Positions 8,903 through 19,271 of a DNA stretch of 32,000 nucleotides are shown in pieces. Numbering within the stretch: position 1 is the first letter of the stretch; each line of letters begins with the position of its first letter. The notes below the pieces were generated by a model. That model made no database searches and was not told where the DNA came from. It saw only the letters and a program-made list of their open reading frames with translations. Position numbers and translations under genes: made by a program. The stretch is taken from NCBI RefSeq assembly GCF_014280175.1, contig NZ_CP047931.1:720001-752000 (forward strand), given 5' to 3'. The DNA comes from Synechococcus sp. A15-28 (GTDB lineage: Bacteria; Cyanobacteriota; Cyanobacteriia; PCC-6307; Cyanobiaceae).

Positions 8903-9411
8903 GCCCTCAGCATCGATTGCAGCCCAGCTGGGATCCGGGCTTGACCATTGCCCATCTCTCCCTGCCCCATCTGCTGTCTCAGGGTCTTGCCGCTGCCGTG
9001 CTTGACGTGGATCGGACCCTGCTGCCCGGGCGCGATGTGACCCTGCCCGATCCGGTCCTGGCCTGGCTCACGGATGCCAAACGTCGCCTGTCGCTGCACC
9101 TGTTCAGCAACAACCCATCCAGGGTGCGGATTGCAGCGGTGGCTGACCAAATCGGTGTGAGCTTCACCTGCGGGGCCAGGAAACCCCGACGGGGTGCCCT
9201 GCGACGTGTCATCGAGGAGCTTGATCTTCCCCCCGAGAAGATCGCGATGATCGGTGATCGCCTGTTCACCGACGTCTGGTGCGGCAATCGACTTGGTCTC
9301 TACACCGTGTTGGTGCGACCGATCGCCGTGGATGGTTCGCCCTGTCCCCATGACCGGGTGCAACGGTTGGAGCGTCGTTTCGCCGGTTGGATGGGGGCCC
9401 CCACGGCATGA
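8890..9411 (+). CDS. YqeG-family HAD-IIIA phosphatase
   Basis: HAD motif I VLDVDRTLL, motif III ARKPRR and motif IV MIGDRLFTDV. Overlaps the previous gene by 13 nt. Confidence 0.8.
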   Translation: MAGVSPQHRLQPSWDPGLTIAHLSLPHLLSQGLAAAVLDVDRTLLPGRDVTLPDPVLAWLTDAKRRLSLHLFSNNPSRVRIAAVADQIGVSFTCGARKPRRGALRRVIEELDLPPEKIAMIGDRLFTDVWCGNRLGLYTVLVRPIAVDGSPCPHDRVQRLERRFAGWMGAPTA

Positions 9412-10481
9412 CGCTGTGGGTGGTGAAGTTGGGCACGAGTTTGCTGCGGGGAGACACCGCTGCAACGATTGATGGCTTCGCCACCGGTATCGCCGCTGCC
9501 TTTGCCCGGGGTGATCGGGTCGTTCTGGTCAGCAGCGGAGCCGTCGGTCTCGGTTGTCAGCGGCTTCAGCTTCCCCAGAGGCCAGAGACCGTTGTCGCCC
9601 TGCAGGCGGCGGCGGCCACCGGCCAGGGCCAGCTCATGGCTCTGTACGAGCGGGCGTTGGCAAGCCATGGCATCGCTGTGGCGCAGATCCTCGTGACCCG
9701 CTCGGATCTGGCTGACCGGCGGCGATACCAGAACGCCTCCGGAACGTTGAAACAGCTGTTGCAGTGGGGTGTGTTGCCGGTGGTCAATGAAAACGACGCC
9801 ATTTCCCCGGCTGAGCTCCGCTTCGGAGACAACGACACCCTGTCTGCCCTCGTGGCCGCGGCCGTCGATGCTGATCAGCTGATCCTGCTCACCGATGTGG
9901 ACCGTCTCTATTCGGCGGATCCTCGCCTTGTGGCGGATGCCCGCCCGATCTCTGATGTGCATCATCCGCGGGAGCTGGATGCCCTCGAAGCCGTTGCCGG
10001 AGATGGTGGGCGTTGGGGCCGCGGTGGCATGACCACCAAACTGGCGGCGGCTCGGATCGCCACCGCCAGCGGCATCACGGTGCACCTCGCGGACGGGCGG
10101 GATCCCACCCGCCTCAGTGCGCTGTTGCAGGGGGAGCGCGGAGGCACGGTGTTTCATCCCCATCCGGAACCGTTGGGCAACAGGCGCAGTTGGCTGGCCC
10201 ATGCTCTGCAGCCCCAGGGGACCCTGACGCTGGATTCCGGGGCCTGTGATGCGTTGCATCGGCGCGGTGCGTCCCTCTTAATGGTCGGGATCTCCGCTGT
10301 GGATGGGGAATTCCCCGCCAATCAGCCCGTCCGATTGCATGGTCCCGATGGCTGGGAGCTGGGACGAGGCCTTTGCCTGCTCTCCAGCGCAGCTGTTCGG
10401 AGGGCTCTTGATGCGCCCCCAGCACCCGGCCCATCCCCAGTGGTGGTGCATCGGGACGCCTTGGTGCTTCACAGCCGCTGA
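9408..10481 (+). CDS. proB: Glutamate 5-kinase
   Basis: [13 protein letters not shown]..., [17 protein letters not shown] and FGDNDTLSA motifs, plus a C-terminal PUA-like region. ATG 9408 overlaps the HAD stop (ATGA). Confidence 0.9.
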   Translation: MTLWVVKLGTSLLRGDTAATIDGFATGIAAAFARGDRVVLVSSGAVGLGCQRLQLPQRPETVVALQAAAATGQGQLMALYERALASHGIAVAQILVTRSDLADRRRYQNASGTLKQLLQWGVLPVVNENDAISPAELRFGDNDTLSALVAAAVDADQLILLTDVDRLYSADPRLVADARPISDVHHPRELDALEAVAGDGGRWGRGGMTTKLAAARIATASGITVHLADGRDPTRLSALLQGERGGTVFHPHPEPLGNRRSWLAHALQPQGTLTLDSGACDALHRRGASLLMVGISAVDGEFPANQPVRLHGPDGWELGRGLCLLSSAAVRRALDAPPAPGPSPVVVHRDALVLHSR

Positions 10482-10516
10482 GCGCGCCTACGATCCGGCC
10501 GCCGCCCAGCGACATC

Positions 10517-11560
10517 ATGCGTTTCAGCAGCTTGATCAAGGCCCTGCAGTCTGGTGAGTCGGGATTGCTCTGGAGTCAGCCTGGTCAGGATCCAGTGCTG
10601 TCCGGTGCCGCTGCCCTGGATCAGGCTACGAACGATCAGCTGAGTTTTCTTGAGCCTGGCAATGCGTTGTCCTCAGCTCTGAGCGACAGCGCTGTTGGGG
10701 CGTTGCTGTTGCCCGATCAGCAGGATCTGATCGACCTCGCCTCTCAGCAGAAGATCGCCTTTGCTGTGGTGTCCGACCCTCGTTTGGCCTTCGCTGAAGC
10801 CCTCGATTGTCTGCATCCCCGCATGCGCCCGCAGGCTGAGATTCACCCCACGGCCGTGATCGATGCGCGGGCCGTGGTGGGCCCCGGTACCGCGATCGCC
10901 GCCCGCGTTTGCATCGGTGCCGGCAGTCGTGTTGGAGCGGACTGCATCGTTCATCCCGGGGTTGTGATCTACGACGACGTGGTAATCGGTGACGGTTGTG
11001 AACTCCATGCCAACGCCGTGCTGCACCCCGGCAGTCGCCTGGGGCGGCGATGCGTGGTGAATTCCAATGCTGTAGTTGGGTCCGAAGGATTCGGTTTTGT
11101 CCCCACGGCCAAGGGGTGGCGCAAGATGCCGCAGACGGGGCTGGTGGTGCTGGAGGACGGGGTGGAGGTCGGCTGCGGCAGCACGATTGACCGTCCCTCA
11201 GTGGGGGAGACCCGGATCGGAGCCGGAACCAAAATCGACAATCTGGTTCAGATCGGTCATGGCGTGAGCACCGGCCGCGGCTGTGCCTTCGCGGCCCAGG
11301 TGGGCATCGCCGGCGGTGCCCGCATAGGCCATGGTGTGATCCTTGCCGGCCAGGTGGGAGTTGCGAACCGAGCGGTTGTTGGGGACCGGGCCATCGCCAG
11401 TTCCAAGTCCGGCATCCACGGTGAGGTGGCGGCCGGTGAGGTGGTGAGTGGTTATCCCGCCATCCCCAATCGCCTCTGGCTGCGCTGTTCCGCCGCCTTC
11501 AGCAAGCTGCCTGAGCTGGCGCGGACCGTTCGGGAGCTCAAACGCAACACCCCTCAGTAA
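10517..11560 (+). CDS. lpxD: UDP-3-O-acylglucosamine N-acyltransferase
   Basis: [19 protein letters not shown] followed by a long run of left-handed beta-helix hexapeptide repeats and HGV...GIAG motifs. 347 aa. Confidence 0.9.
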   Translation: MRFSSLIKALQSGESGLLWSQPGQDPVLSGAAALDQATNDQLSFLEPGNALSSALSDSAVGALLLPDQQDLIDLASQQKIAFAVVSDPRLAFAEALDCLHPRMRPQAEIHPTAVIDARAVVGPGTAIAARVCIGAGSRVGADCIVHPGVVIYDDVVIGDGCELHANAVLHPGSRLGRRCVVNSNAVVGSEGFGFVPTAKGWRKMPQTGLVVLEDGVEVGCGSTIDRPSVGETRIGAGTKIDNLVQIGHGVSTGRGCAFAAQVGIAGGARIGHGVILAGQVGVANRAVVGDRAIASSKSGIHGEVAAGEVVSGYPAIPNRLWLRCSAAFSKLPELARTVRELKRNTPQ

Positions 11561-11592
11561 TCTCAGCGATCGACCTTCCCCACTGCATCGAC

Positions 11593-12666
11593 ATGGCCCA
11601 GCACCGCGTCGTCCTGCTTCCCGGCGATGGCATTGGCCCTGAGATCACCGCTGTGGCCCGCCAGTTGCTGGAGGCGGTGAGCGAGCGTCACGGGTTCCAG
11701 CTGAGTTTCGAAGAGCAGCTGATCGGCGGCAGTGCCATCGATGCCACTGGTGAGCCCCTGCCCGCCAGCACGCTTGAGGCCTGCAGGGGTGCTGATGCCG
11801 TTCTTCTGGCGGCGATCGGCAGCCCTCGTTTCGACAACCTGTCTCGCGACAAACGGCCTGAGACCGGTTTGCTCGGGCTGAGGTCTGGCATGCGTCTGTT
11901 TGCCAACCTGCGGCCGGTGAAGATCGTGCCCGCATTGATCGGGGCCAGCAGCCTGCGGCCCGAGGTGATCGAGGGGGTGGATCTGATGGTGGTGCGTGAA
12001 CTCACCGGAGGGATCTACTTCGGGCAGCCGAAGGGGCGGATCGAGGCCGACGGTGAAGAGCGTGGCTTCAACACGATGACCTATTCCTCAACCGAGGTGG
12101 ATCGCATCGCCAAGGTGGCCTTTGAGCTGGCCCGGGAGCGTCGCGGCGACCTCTGCTCCGTGGACAAGGCCAATGTGCTGGATGTGAGCCAGCTGTGGCG
12201 GGACAGGGTGGATGCGATGGCCCCGACCTACGGCGATGTGGCTGTGAGCCACATGTACGTGGACAACGCGGCGATGCAACTGGTGCGCAGTCCCCGTCAG
12301 TTCGATGTGTTGCTCACAGGCAACCTCTTCGGAGACATCCTCAGTGATGAGGCGGCCATGCTCACGGGCTCGATCGGCATGCTTCCGTCGGCCTCCCTGG
12401 GCAGCGATGGCCCTGGCCTGTTCGAGCCGGTGCACGGCTCCGCACCGGACATCGCTGGCCAGGACAAGGCCAATCCCATGGCCATGGTGCTGTCGGCCGC
12501 GATGATGCTCCGGACCGGCCTCAAGCTGAGCAAGGCTGCCGATGATCTTGAGGCAGCTGTGGACAAGGTGTTGGCGGCTGGCTTCCGCACCGGAGATCTG
12601 ATGGCGGATAGCTGCACGTTGCTGGGATGCCGCGCCATGGGTGAGGCGTTGTTGAAGGCTCTCTGA
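11593..12666 (+). CDS. leuB: 3-isopropylmalate dehydrogenase
   Basis: VVLLPGDGIGPEI, NLRP, VRELTGGIYFG, NLFGDILSDEAAMLTGSIGMLPSASL and HGSAPDIAG are classic IPMDH motifs. Confidence 0.95.
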   Translation: MAQHRVVLLPGDGIGPEITAVARQLLEAVSERHGFQLSFEEQLIGGSAIDATGEPLPASTLEACRGADAVLLAAIGSPRFDNLSRDKRPETGLLGLRSGMRLFANLRPVKIVPALIGASSLRPEVIEGVDLMVVRELTGGIYFGQPKGRIEADGEERGFNTMTYSSTEVDRIAKVAFELARERRGDLCSVDKANVLDVSQLWRDRVDAMAPTYGDVAVSHMYVDNAAMQLVRSPRQFDVLLTGNLFGDILSDEAAMLTGSIGMLPSASLGSDGPGLFEPVHGSAPDIAGQDKANPMAMVLSAAMMLRTGLKLSKAADDLEAAVDKVLAAGFRTGDLMADSCTLLGCRAMGEALLKAL

Positions 12667-12729
12667 GGTTGTATTGGTGAAATCGGTCCGTGATCTGGCA
12701 AACTCGCCGAGCCCGTTGTCCCTGCGCTG

Positions 12730-13632
12730 ATGTCGAAGCGTCACCCGGTCGTCGCTGTCACCGGTTCCTCCGGAGCTGGAACCAGCACCGTCAAGCGCGC
12801 CTTCGAGCACATCTTTGCGCGTGAAGGCATCACTCCGGCTGTGGTGGAGGGCGATAGCTACCACCGCTATGAGCGGATGCCGATGAAACAGGCCATGGCG
12901 GATGCCCTGGCCCGTGGTGAGAACTTCTCCCATTTCGGCCCGGAAGCCAACCTGTTCGACAAACTCGAAGAGCTGTTCCGCACCTACGGTGAAACCGGTG
13001 CCGGTCAGAAGCGTTACTACCTCCACAGCGCCGAAGAGGCTGCTGAGCACAACTCCCGTCTCGGCGTTGACCTCGGCCCGGGTCAGTTCACGCCATGGGA
13101 GGACATTCCCTCAGGGACTGACCTGCTCTTCTACGAAGGCCTTCATGGCGGTGTGAAGGGTGAGGGCTACGACGTGGCGTCCCTCGCCGATCTCCTGGTC
13201 GGTGTCGTGCCGATCACCAACCTGGAGTGGATCCAGAAAATCCACCGCGATAACGCCGAGCGCGGTTATTCCGCCGAGGCAATCGTCGATACGATCCTGC
13301 GCCGCATGCCGGATTACATCAATCACATCTGCCCGCAGTTCGGCGAAACCGACATCAACTTCCAGCGTGTCCCCACCGTGGACACCTCCAACCCTTTCAT
13401 CTGCCGCAACATCCCAACGCCGGATGAAAGCTTCGTCATCATCCATTTCCGTAAGGGAGCCCGTGAGAAGTGGGGGATCGATTTCAACTACTTGTTGAAC
13501 ATGATCCACGACTCCTTCATGTCCAGCCCCACCAGCATTGTGGTGAACGGCGGCAAGATGGGCTTTGCGATGGAACTGATCCTCACGCCGATCATTCACC
13601 GCATGATCGAAGAGAAGAAGAACCTGGGTTGA
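12730..13632 (+). CDS. prk: Phosphoribulokinase, class I (proteobacterial CbbP/PrkB-like) type
   Basis: The 300-aa product has MSKRHPVVAVTGSSGAGTSTVKRAFEHIF, LFYEGLHG, NLEWIQKIHRD and DINFQRVPTVDTSNPF. These match my memory of CbbP-type PRKs rather than the ~330-aa class II enzymes. Confidence 0.9.
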   Translation: MSKRHPVVAVTGSSGAGTSTVKRAFEHIFAREGITPAVVEGDSYHRYERMPMKQAMADALARGENFSHFGPEANLFDKLEELFRTYGETGAGQKRYYLHSAEEAAEHNSRLGVDLGPGQFTPWEDIPSGTDLLFYEGLHGGVKGEGYDVASLADLLVGVVPITNLEWIQKIHRDNAERGYSAEAIVDTILRRMPDYINHICPQFGETDINFQRVPTVDTSNPFICRNIPTPDESFVIIHFRKGAREKWGIDFNYLLNMIHDSFMSSPTSIVVNGGKMGFAMELILTPIIHRMIEEKKNLG

Positions 13633-13704
13633 TTCCGATCGGTTGACAATTTGATCCCTAAGGTGGGCTCATCTGAGCAATCAGGTGGGCCCATTTCCTC
13701 TTCA

Positions 13705-13986
13705 ATGCCCTCCTTCGAGATCCGTGGTGCCGCAGGAGTGCCCGCTTCACCACGCTGGGATCGCATTGACAGCCGTGCCTTGATTCAGGCGGCGCGAGGG
13801 GTTTACTTCTCCCATCTGTCCGAAGCCACCGGCGCACGGGATCCTCTTGGGGTGGTTCTGGCGCCAGGGCAGCCCGGCGGCCGGGTTGTGTTTGAACTGC
13901 CGGTTCTTCTGCCGGAGGAGGAATTCATTGAGCTGGAGCTGATCCGGGGCCGAAGCACACGCGGGAGACGTCGATGGAAGGGATGA
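13705..13986 (+). CDS. Hypothetical protein
   Basis: ORF with coding-like third positions. ATG 13705 is preferred over the alternative start at 13651. The stop overlaps an in-frame pilD ATG (ATGA at 13983). No family recognised. Confidence 0.45.
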   Translation: MPSFEIRGAAGVPASPRWDRIDSRALIQAARGVYFSHLSEATGARDPLGVVLAPGQPGGRVVFELPVLLPEEEFIELELIRGRSTRGRRRWKG

Positions 13987-14765
13987 AGTTGCTCATGGTG
14001 GCCCTGTTCGGAGCCTGCATCGGCAGTTTCACCAACGTGGTGGTCTGGCGTCTGCCTCGGCAGGAGTCGGTGGTTTATCCCGGCAGCCACTGCCCCCACT
14101 GCGGCCATGCCATCCGATGGCACGACAATCTGCCGGTGCTGGGGTGGCTGCTTCTTCGGGGGCGATGCCGTGACTGCGGCTCCGGCATCAGCTGGCGCTA
14201 TCCGGCTGTGGAGTTGGTGAGTGCCCTGCTCTGGCTCAGTGCCCTGTCGGTGCAGGCCGGTGGTGGTCTGCCGGAACCCTGGGGTCCATGGGCCGGTCAG
14301 GTGCTGGTGGCTCTGCTGCTGCCCCTGGTGCTCATCGACCTTGATCACCTCTGGTTGCCGGAGCCGCTGTGTCGATGGGGCCTGGTGATCGGCCTTCTGT
14401 GCAGTGCAGGCGCCGGTTGGCCTGTTTTGGCTGACCACCTCGTGGCAGCTGCGATGGCTCTGGTGCTGCTCGAGGGACTCAGCGGAATGGCTGAACGGCT
14501 GCTGGGGCAATCGGCCCTGGGCTTGGGGGACGCCAAGCTGGCGGCTCTCGGTGGCGCCTGGCTCGGTGCTGCCGGCATTGCAGCCGCCATGGCTCTGGCC
14601 ACGTTGAGCGGGGCCTTGGTGGGAAGCCTGGGTCGGGTCACCGGACGGCTGCAGCCGCGTCAGGCGTTTGCCTTCGGACCCTTCATCGCACTGGGGATCT
14701 GGCTGGTGTGGCTCAGGGGTGCTGACTGGTGGTGGGAGCAGTGGCAGCAGCTGCTGGGTTTTTAA
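13974..14765 (+). CDS. pilD: Prepilin (type IV leader) peptidase, A24 family
   Basis: Cys cluster CPHCGHAI...CRDCG, first catalytic Asp in LVLIDLDHLWLP and second in LGLGDAKLAALGGAWLG. Polytopic membrane protein. Alternative start at ATG 13983. Confidence 0.85.
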   Translation: MEGMKLLMVALFGACIGSFTNVVVWRLPRQESVVYPGSHCPHCGHAIRWHDNLPVLGWLLLRGRCRDCGSGISWRYPAVELVSALLWLSALSVQAGGGLPEPWGPWAGQVLVALLLPLVLIDLDHLWLPEPLCRWGLVIGLLCSAGAGWPVLADHLVAAAMALVLLEGLSGMAERLLGQSALGLGDAKLAALGGAWLGAAGIAAAMALATLSGALVGSLGRVTGRLQPRQAFAFGPFIALGIWLVWLRGADWWWEQWQQLLGF

Positions 14766-14786
14766 TGGTGGAAACGGGCGGCTCGT

Positions 14787-15668
14787 GTGTCTCTATTCGA
14801 CTGGTTCGCTGACCGCCGCAAGGGTCAGTCCACCGGAAAGATCACCCAGGAACCTGAGGATGGCGATGGTCTCTGGAGCAAGTGCCCCGAGTGCGGCCTC
14901 GTCGTTTACGTCAAGGATCTGAAGGCCAATGCCAGCGTCTGCGCAGGCTGCGGGCATCACCACCGCATTGATAGCGAGGAACGCATCGCGTTGATTGTCG
15001 ATCCGGGCAGCTTTCACGCTCTGAATGAGGCGTTGGAACCGACCGACCCTCTGACCTTCAAGGACCGTCGCGCCTATGCCGATCGCCTTCGGGAAAGTCA
15101 GGCGGCCACCGGGCTTCGGGACGGGGTCGTCACGGGCCTCTGTCGCGTTGAAGGGTTGGATCTGGCGCTGGCGGTGATGGACTTCCGCTTCATGGGTGGA
15201 TCGATGGGATCCGTGGTGGGGGAGAAGATCACACGCCTCGTGGAGGAGGCCACCTCGCGGCGGCTGCCGTTGTTGATCGTGTGTGCTTCGGGTGGTGCCC
15301 GCATGCAGGAGGGGATGCTCAGCCTGATGCAGATGGCGAAGATTTCCGGCGCCCTCGAGCGCCACCGCGAAGCGGAGTTGCTGTACCTGCCCCTGCTCAC
15401 GCACCCAACGACAGGGGGCGTGACGGCCAGTTTTGCCATGCTTGGCGATCTGATCCTGGCGGAGCCCAAGGCGTTGATCGGTTTTGCCGGAAGGCGCGTG
15501 ATCGAGCAGACCCTGCGCGAGAAGCTTCCGGATAACTTTCAGACCGCTGAATATCTGCAGGACCACGGTTTTGTGGACACAATCGTTCCGCGCACCCAGT
15601 TGCGCAGCACCCTCGCCAGCCTGTTGCGGCTGCATGGTTGCAAGCCCAAGGAGCTCACCACCGCATGA
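14787..15668 (+). CDS. accD: Acetyl-CoA carboxylase carboxyltransferase beta subunit
   Basis: (M)[12 protein letters not shown]-terminus (GTG start), Zn ribbon CPECG...CAGCGHHHR and the carboxyltransferase core [13 protein letters not shown]. Confidence 0.95.
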   Translation: MSLFDWFADRRKGQSTGKITQEPEDGDGLWSKCPECGLVVYVKDLKANASVCAGCGHHHRIDSEERIALIVDPGSFHALNEALEPTDPLTFKDRRAYADRLRESQAATGLRDGVVTGLCRVEGLDLALAVMDFRFMGGSMGSVVGEKITRLVEEATSRRLPLLIVCASGGARMQEGMLSLMQMAKISGALERHREAELLYLPLLTHPTTGGVTASFAMLGDLILAEPKALIGFAGRRVIEQTLREKLPDNFQTAEYLQDHGFVDTIVPRTQLRSTLASLLRLHGCKPKELTTA

Positions 15669-16039
15669 AAGCCGTTCTCGTCGCCCTGTTCACGGCCCTG
15701 CAGCTTTGCTGGGTGATGCCTGCATTGGCGGGCCCGGTGGACTGGGTTGAAGTTCCGTCGACCGAGGCCGGTCTGCAATGGTGGGATCGTGGCAGCGTTC
15801 GAGCCGATCGCGACGGTCTCCGCACTGTTCTCAGCCGATTCACCCCGGCTGCCACGGACGATGGTCAGCAGCCCAATGGAGAGTTGTATGTGATGCAGCT
15901 GGACTGCGCTCAGGAGCTGTATCGCGACAAACAGGTGAATGGCATTCCACGGTTCAAGGCGGATTGGCAGGCGGCCGGTGCTGATGGGTTGATCGCTTCG
16001 GTGATCGATGCTGTCTGCAGCGAACCACTGAACAGCTGA
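15665..16039 (+). CDS. Secreted hypothetical protein
   Basis: ATG 15665 overlaps the accD stop (ATGA). Signal peptide [24 protein letters not shown]. Two Cys in the mature part. No family recognised. Confidence 0.6.
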   Translation: MKAVLVALFTALQLCWVMPALAGPVDWVEVPSTEAGLQWWDRGSVRADRDGLRTVLSRFTPAATDDGQQPNGELYVMQLDCAQELYRDKQVNGIPRFKADWQAAGADGLIASVIDAVCSEPLNS

Positions 16040-16040
16040 C

Positions 16041-17123
16041 ATGAGCCTTCAACCGATCGGCGTAGCTGTCGCCGGCCTTGGTTTTGGCGAGAAGGTGCAC
16101 CTGCCAGCTCTTCAGGCCAATGCCGATTTATCCGCCGTTGCGCTGTGGCATCCACGCCGGGAACGGTTGGACGAAGCCTGCGACCTTCATGGTCTGCGGG
16201 GCTCCGATGACTGGAATGTGGTGCTGGCCGATCCAGTTGTGGAGGCCGTGATCATCGCCACCCCGCCGGAACCGCGCTTTGAGCTGGCCCGCCGCGCCCT
16301 GGAGGCTGGCAAGCATGTGCTGCTGGAGAAGCCGGTGGCGCTGCATGCGGATCAAGCCAAGGAATTGCAGCGCCTGGCGATCGCTCGGGGGCGTTCGGTG
16401 GCGGTGAATTACGAATACCGGGCTGTGCCTCTGTTTATGCAGGCGAAACGTCTGCTGCAGGCCGGTGCTGTGGGGACCCCATGGCTGGTGAAGCTGGACT
16501 GGCTGATGGGCAGCCGGGCGGACCCCAGCCGTGGCTGGAACTGGTACTCGCAGGCGTCCAAGGGGGGCGGCGTGATCAGTGCTCTCGGGACCCACGCTTT
16601 TGACATGCTCGCCTGGCTGGTGGGTCCCGTGGCGTCGGTGTCCGCCCTCAATGGAATTTCCATTCGCGAGCGTCCCCTTCACGAGGGAGGGCTGGCACCC
16701 GTGGATGCGGAGGACGTTTCACTGATCCAAGCCCGGTTGCAGTGGCAGGGGAGCGCTGAGGCGTCGGTTCCAGCCCAGATCAACCTTGCGTCGGTCGCCC
16801 GCAACGGGCGCGGCTGCTGGCTGGAGATTTACGGCTCTGAAGGAAGTCTTGTGCTTGGTAGTGCCAATCAGAAGGACTATGTGCACGGATTTGAACTCCA
16901 TTGCACCCGGGCTGGTGAGGCTCCCCAACGGATCGAGCCGGATTCCGATCTCACCTTTGACTACACCTGGAGCGATGGCCGGATCGCACCGGTGGCCAGG
17001 TTGCAGAGCTGGTGGGCCGAGAGCATTCGCTCTGGAACACCGATGATTCCGGGCCTGGCAGAGGGTGTGGCCAGCCGATTGGCATCTGATCGAGCCACCC
17101 TGACTGCCGCTGAAGTTGCGTAA
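16041..17123 (+). CDS. Gfo/Idh/MocA family oxidoreductase
   Basis: N-terminal Rossmann IGVAVAGLGFGEKVHLPAL and the family EKP motif (VLLEKPVAL). 360 aa. Confidence 0.85.
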   Translation: MSLQPIGVAVAGLGFGEKVHLPALQANADLSAVALWHPRRERLDEACDLHGLRGSDDWNVVLADPVVEAVIIATPPEPRFELARRALEAGKHVLLEKPVALHADQAKELQRLAIARGRSVAVNYEYRAVPLFMQAKRLLQAGAVGTPWLVKLDWLMGSRADPSRGWNWYSQASKGGGVISALGTHAFDMLAWLVGPVASVSALNGISIRERPLHEGGLAPVDAEDVSLIQARLQWQGSAEASVPAQINLASVARNGRGCWLEIYGSEGSLVLGSANQKDYVHGFELHCTRAGEAPQRIEPDSDLTFDYTWSDGRIAPVARLQSWWAESIRSGTPMIPGLAEGVASRLASDRATLTAAEVA

Positions 17124-17181
17124 CGCGGGGTAATATCGCCGCGATTCGTCCTAGACGACCTAACCCTTCGAGGATTTCACC

Positions 17182-18255
17182 ATGGCGCTCGTTCCGCTTC
17201 GGCTTCTGCTCGACCACGCTGCTGAGAACGGCTACGGCATCCCTGCGTTCAATGTGAACAACCTGGAGCAGGTGCAGGCCATCATGGAAGCGGCTGACGA
17301 GACCGACAGCCCCGTGATCCTGCAGGCCTCCCGCGGCGCCCGCAACTACGCCGGTGAGATCTTCCTGCGTCACCTGATCCTGGCCGCCACCGAGACCTAT
17401 CCCCACATCCCCGTGGTGATGCACCAGGACCACGGCAACGAGCCTTCCACCTGTTACTCCGCTGCCATCAACGGCTTCACCTCCGTGATGATGGATGGCT
17501 CTCTGGAGGCCGACGCCAAGACTCCCGCCAGCTACGACTACAACGTTGCCGTCACCAAGCAGGTGGTGGACTTCGCCCACTCCGTGGGCGTGAGTGTGGA
17601 AGGCGAGCTGGGCTGCCTGGGTTCCCTGGAAACCGGCAAGGGTGAAGCCGAGGACGGCCACGGTTTCGAGGGCGAGCTGTCCAAGGACATGCTGCTGACC
17701 GATCCAGCTGAAGCAGCTGATTTCGTCGCCAAGACCAAGTGCGACGCCCTGGCCATCGCCATCGGCACCAGCCATGGCGCTTACAAGTTCACCCGCAAGC
17801 CCACCGGTGAAGTGCTGGCCATCAGCCGCATCGCTGAGATCCACAAAGCCCTGCCCAACACCCACCTGGTGATGCACGGTTCCTCCTCCGTACCCCAGGA
17901 GTGGCTGGAGATGATCAACAAGCACGGTGGTGCCATCCCCGAGACCTACGGCGTTCCCGTCGAAGAGATTCAGGAAGGTATCCGCAACGGTGTGCGCAAG
18001 GTGAATATCGACACCGACAACCGTCTGGCCTTCACCGCTGCCGTGCGTGAAGCCGCCATGGCTGATCCCGCCAACTTCGATCCCCGCCACTTCAACAAGC
18101 CTGCTCGCAAGTACATGAAGCAGGTCTGCCTCGACCGCTACCAGCAGTTCTGGGCCGCCGGCAACGCCAGCAAGATCCAGCAGCAGAGCATCAACTACTA
18201 CGCCGGCCTCTACGCCAAGGGCGCTCTCGACCCCAAGGCTGCCGTCGCTGCCTGA
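17182..18255 (+). CDS. fba: Class II fructose-1,6-bisphosphate aldolase (Calvin-cycle CbbA type)
   Basis: [47 protein letters not shown] and [11 protein letters not shown] motifs. GAGGA Shine-Dalgarno-like element upstream. Confidence 0.95.
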   Translation: MALVPLRLLLDHAAENGYGIPAFNVNNLEQVQAIMEAADETDSPVILQASRGARNYAGEIFLRHLILAATETYPHIPVVMHQDHGNEPSTCYSAAINGFTSVMMDGSLEADAKTPASYDYNVAVTKQVVDFAHSVGVSVEGELGCLGSLETGKGEAEDGHGFEGELSKDMLLTDPAEAADFVAKTKCDALAIAIGTSHGAYKFTRKPTGEVLAISRIAEIHKALPNTHLVMHGSSSVPQEWLEMINKHGGAIPETYGVPVEEIQEGIRNGVRKVNIDTDNRLAFTAAVREAAMADPANFDPRHFNKPARKYMKQVCLDRYQQFWAAGNASKIQQQSINYYAGLYAKGALDPKAAVAA

Positions 18256-18274
18256 TCACCACGATCCAAGCATC

Positions 18275-18301
18275 AAAGGGGCCCTTCGGGCCCCTTTTTT
18301 T
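18275..18301. terminator. Bidirectional rho-independent terminator between convergent fba and the LD-carboxypeptidase gene
   Basis: AAA-GGGGCCC-TTC-GGGCCCC-TTTTTTT: a 7-bp GC stem (18278-18284 / 18288-18294) flanked by an A-run and a 7-T run. It lies between the stop codons at 18255 and 18305. Confidence 0.8.
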
Positions 18302-18304
18302 GTG

Positions 18305-19270
18305 TCAAGGCAGCAGGTCCAACAAGCCCCTCCGACCATCCAGTCGTCCCATGGCTCCGAGGGGCAGCGCCTGATTGGGCAGGCCATGGCCCACAGGAAG
18401 ATTGAGCGCGAGGGGGATGCCCAGATCTCCCAATCGTTCCTCCAGGATTTCTTCCATCGTGAAATCCCCCGGAAGAATGTCGTCCTCGTCCCAGCTGAAG
18501 CGTCCGCAAGCGATGCCAACAACGTTGTCGAGCAGCCCGGCGCTGCGCCATTGCGTCAGCATCCGATCGATGCGGTAAGGAGCTTCGCCCACGTCTTCGA
18601 GCACAAGGATGGCTCCCTGCAGTGATGGCAACCAGGGGGTGCCGATCAGGTGCGTTGCCACGGTGAGATTGGTCACCACCAGAGGTCCTTCGGCCACACC
18701 CCTGCGAACGCCGATCCCCTCCAGTGATTCCACGGGGCGCCCACACAACAGATCAACCGTGCGCCGCCACTGCTCATCTGGTCCGCCGTTGGATCCATGG
18801 ATCGCTCCCGGCAGGCCGGCAGCCCACTGGGCGAGCAGCAGGGAGCTGGAATCGGAAAAGCCAAGGCTCCATTTCGGCCGCCGTGGAAAACGGAATCCTG
18901 ACTCCAGCACCCTGGCGCTGCCCCAGCCTCCCCCGAGGCTGATGACGGCATCCACACCAGGGTCATGCCAGGCCTCCAGCAGTGCTGCACGGCGATCGCG
19001 ATCCGTGCCGGAGAAATAGCGCCACTGCCCCTTGACGTCAGTCGGGATGTCCAGCAGCCAACCCTCGGCGCGGCAGCGCTCGCGCAGGGGGGTGAGATCC
19101 CTGTCTGGATCCATCCAGGTGCCAGGGTTCACGGCCCTCAGTCGGGCTCCTCGCCTCAGAGGTCTGGGCCAGGCAGCACGGCCTGGGCCTGATGCGATGG
19201 CACGGTTGGAGGCCAGAGCTGCCAAGGCTGCCGTCGCTCCTGAGATCAGCAGCGAGCGGCGGTTCGGCAT
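18305..19270 (-). CDS. LD-carboxypeptidase (peptidase S66), predicted exported
   Basis: Nucleophile motif GFSDSSSLL and C-terminal PVGHG motif. The N-terminus MPNRRSLLISGATAALAALASNRAIA resembles a twin-arginine signal. Confidence 0.8.
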   Translation of the reverse strand: MPNRRSLLISGATAALAALASNRAIASGPGRAAWPRPLRRGARLRAVNPGTWMDPDRDLTPLRERCRAEGWLLDIPTDVKGQWRYFSGTDRDRRAALLEAWHDPGVDAVISLGGGWGSARVLESGFRFPRRPKWSLGFSDSSSLLLAQWAAGLPGAIHGSNGGPDEQWRRTVDLLCGRPVESLEGIGVRRGVAEGPLVVTNLTVATHLIGTPWLPSLQGAILVLEDVGEAPYRIDRMLTQWRSAGLLDNVVGIACGRFSWDEDDILPGDFTMEEILEERLGDLGIPLALNLPVGHGLPNQALPLGAMGRLDGRRGLLDLLP

Positions 19271-19271
19271 C

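Noticed and set aside
9300-10259. 319-aa ORF antisense to proB, plus similar long antisense or off-frame ORFs (4348-5064, 5146-5919, 13803-14510, 14793-15635, 22575-23084)
   Set aside because: All lie opposite or out of frame with motif-supported genes and give Arg/Pro/Gly/Ala-rich sequences. Treated as high-G+C artefacts.
12088-13050. 320-aa ORF antisense to the leuB 3' end and prk 5' end
   Set aside because: It crosses an intergenic region and two strongly supported genes. Shadow ORF.
17124-17181. CGCGG-N10-CCGCG short hairpin enclosing TAATAT upstream of fba
   Set aside because: It has only a 5-bp stem with internal mismatches. It may simply be the fba promoter -10 region, and the evidence is too weak to call a regulatory structure.
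16951-18090. 379-aa ORF antisense to fba
   Set aside because: It lies opposite an unmistakable class II aldolase, and its G/V/H/A-rich repetitive translation matches no motif. It is a codon-bias shadow.
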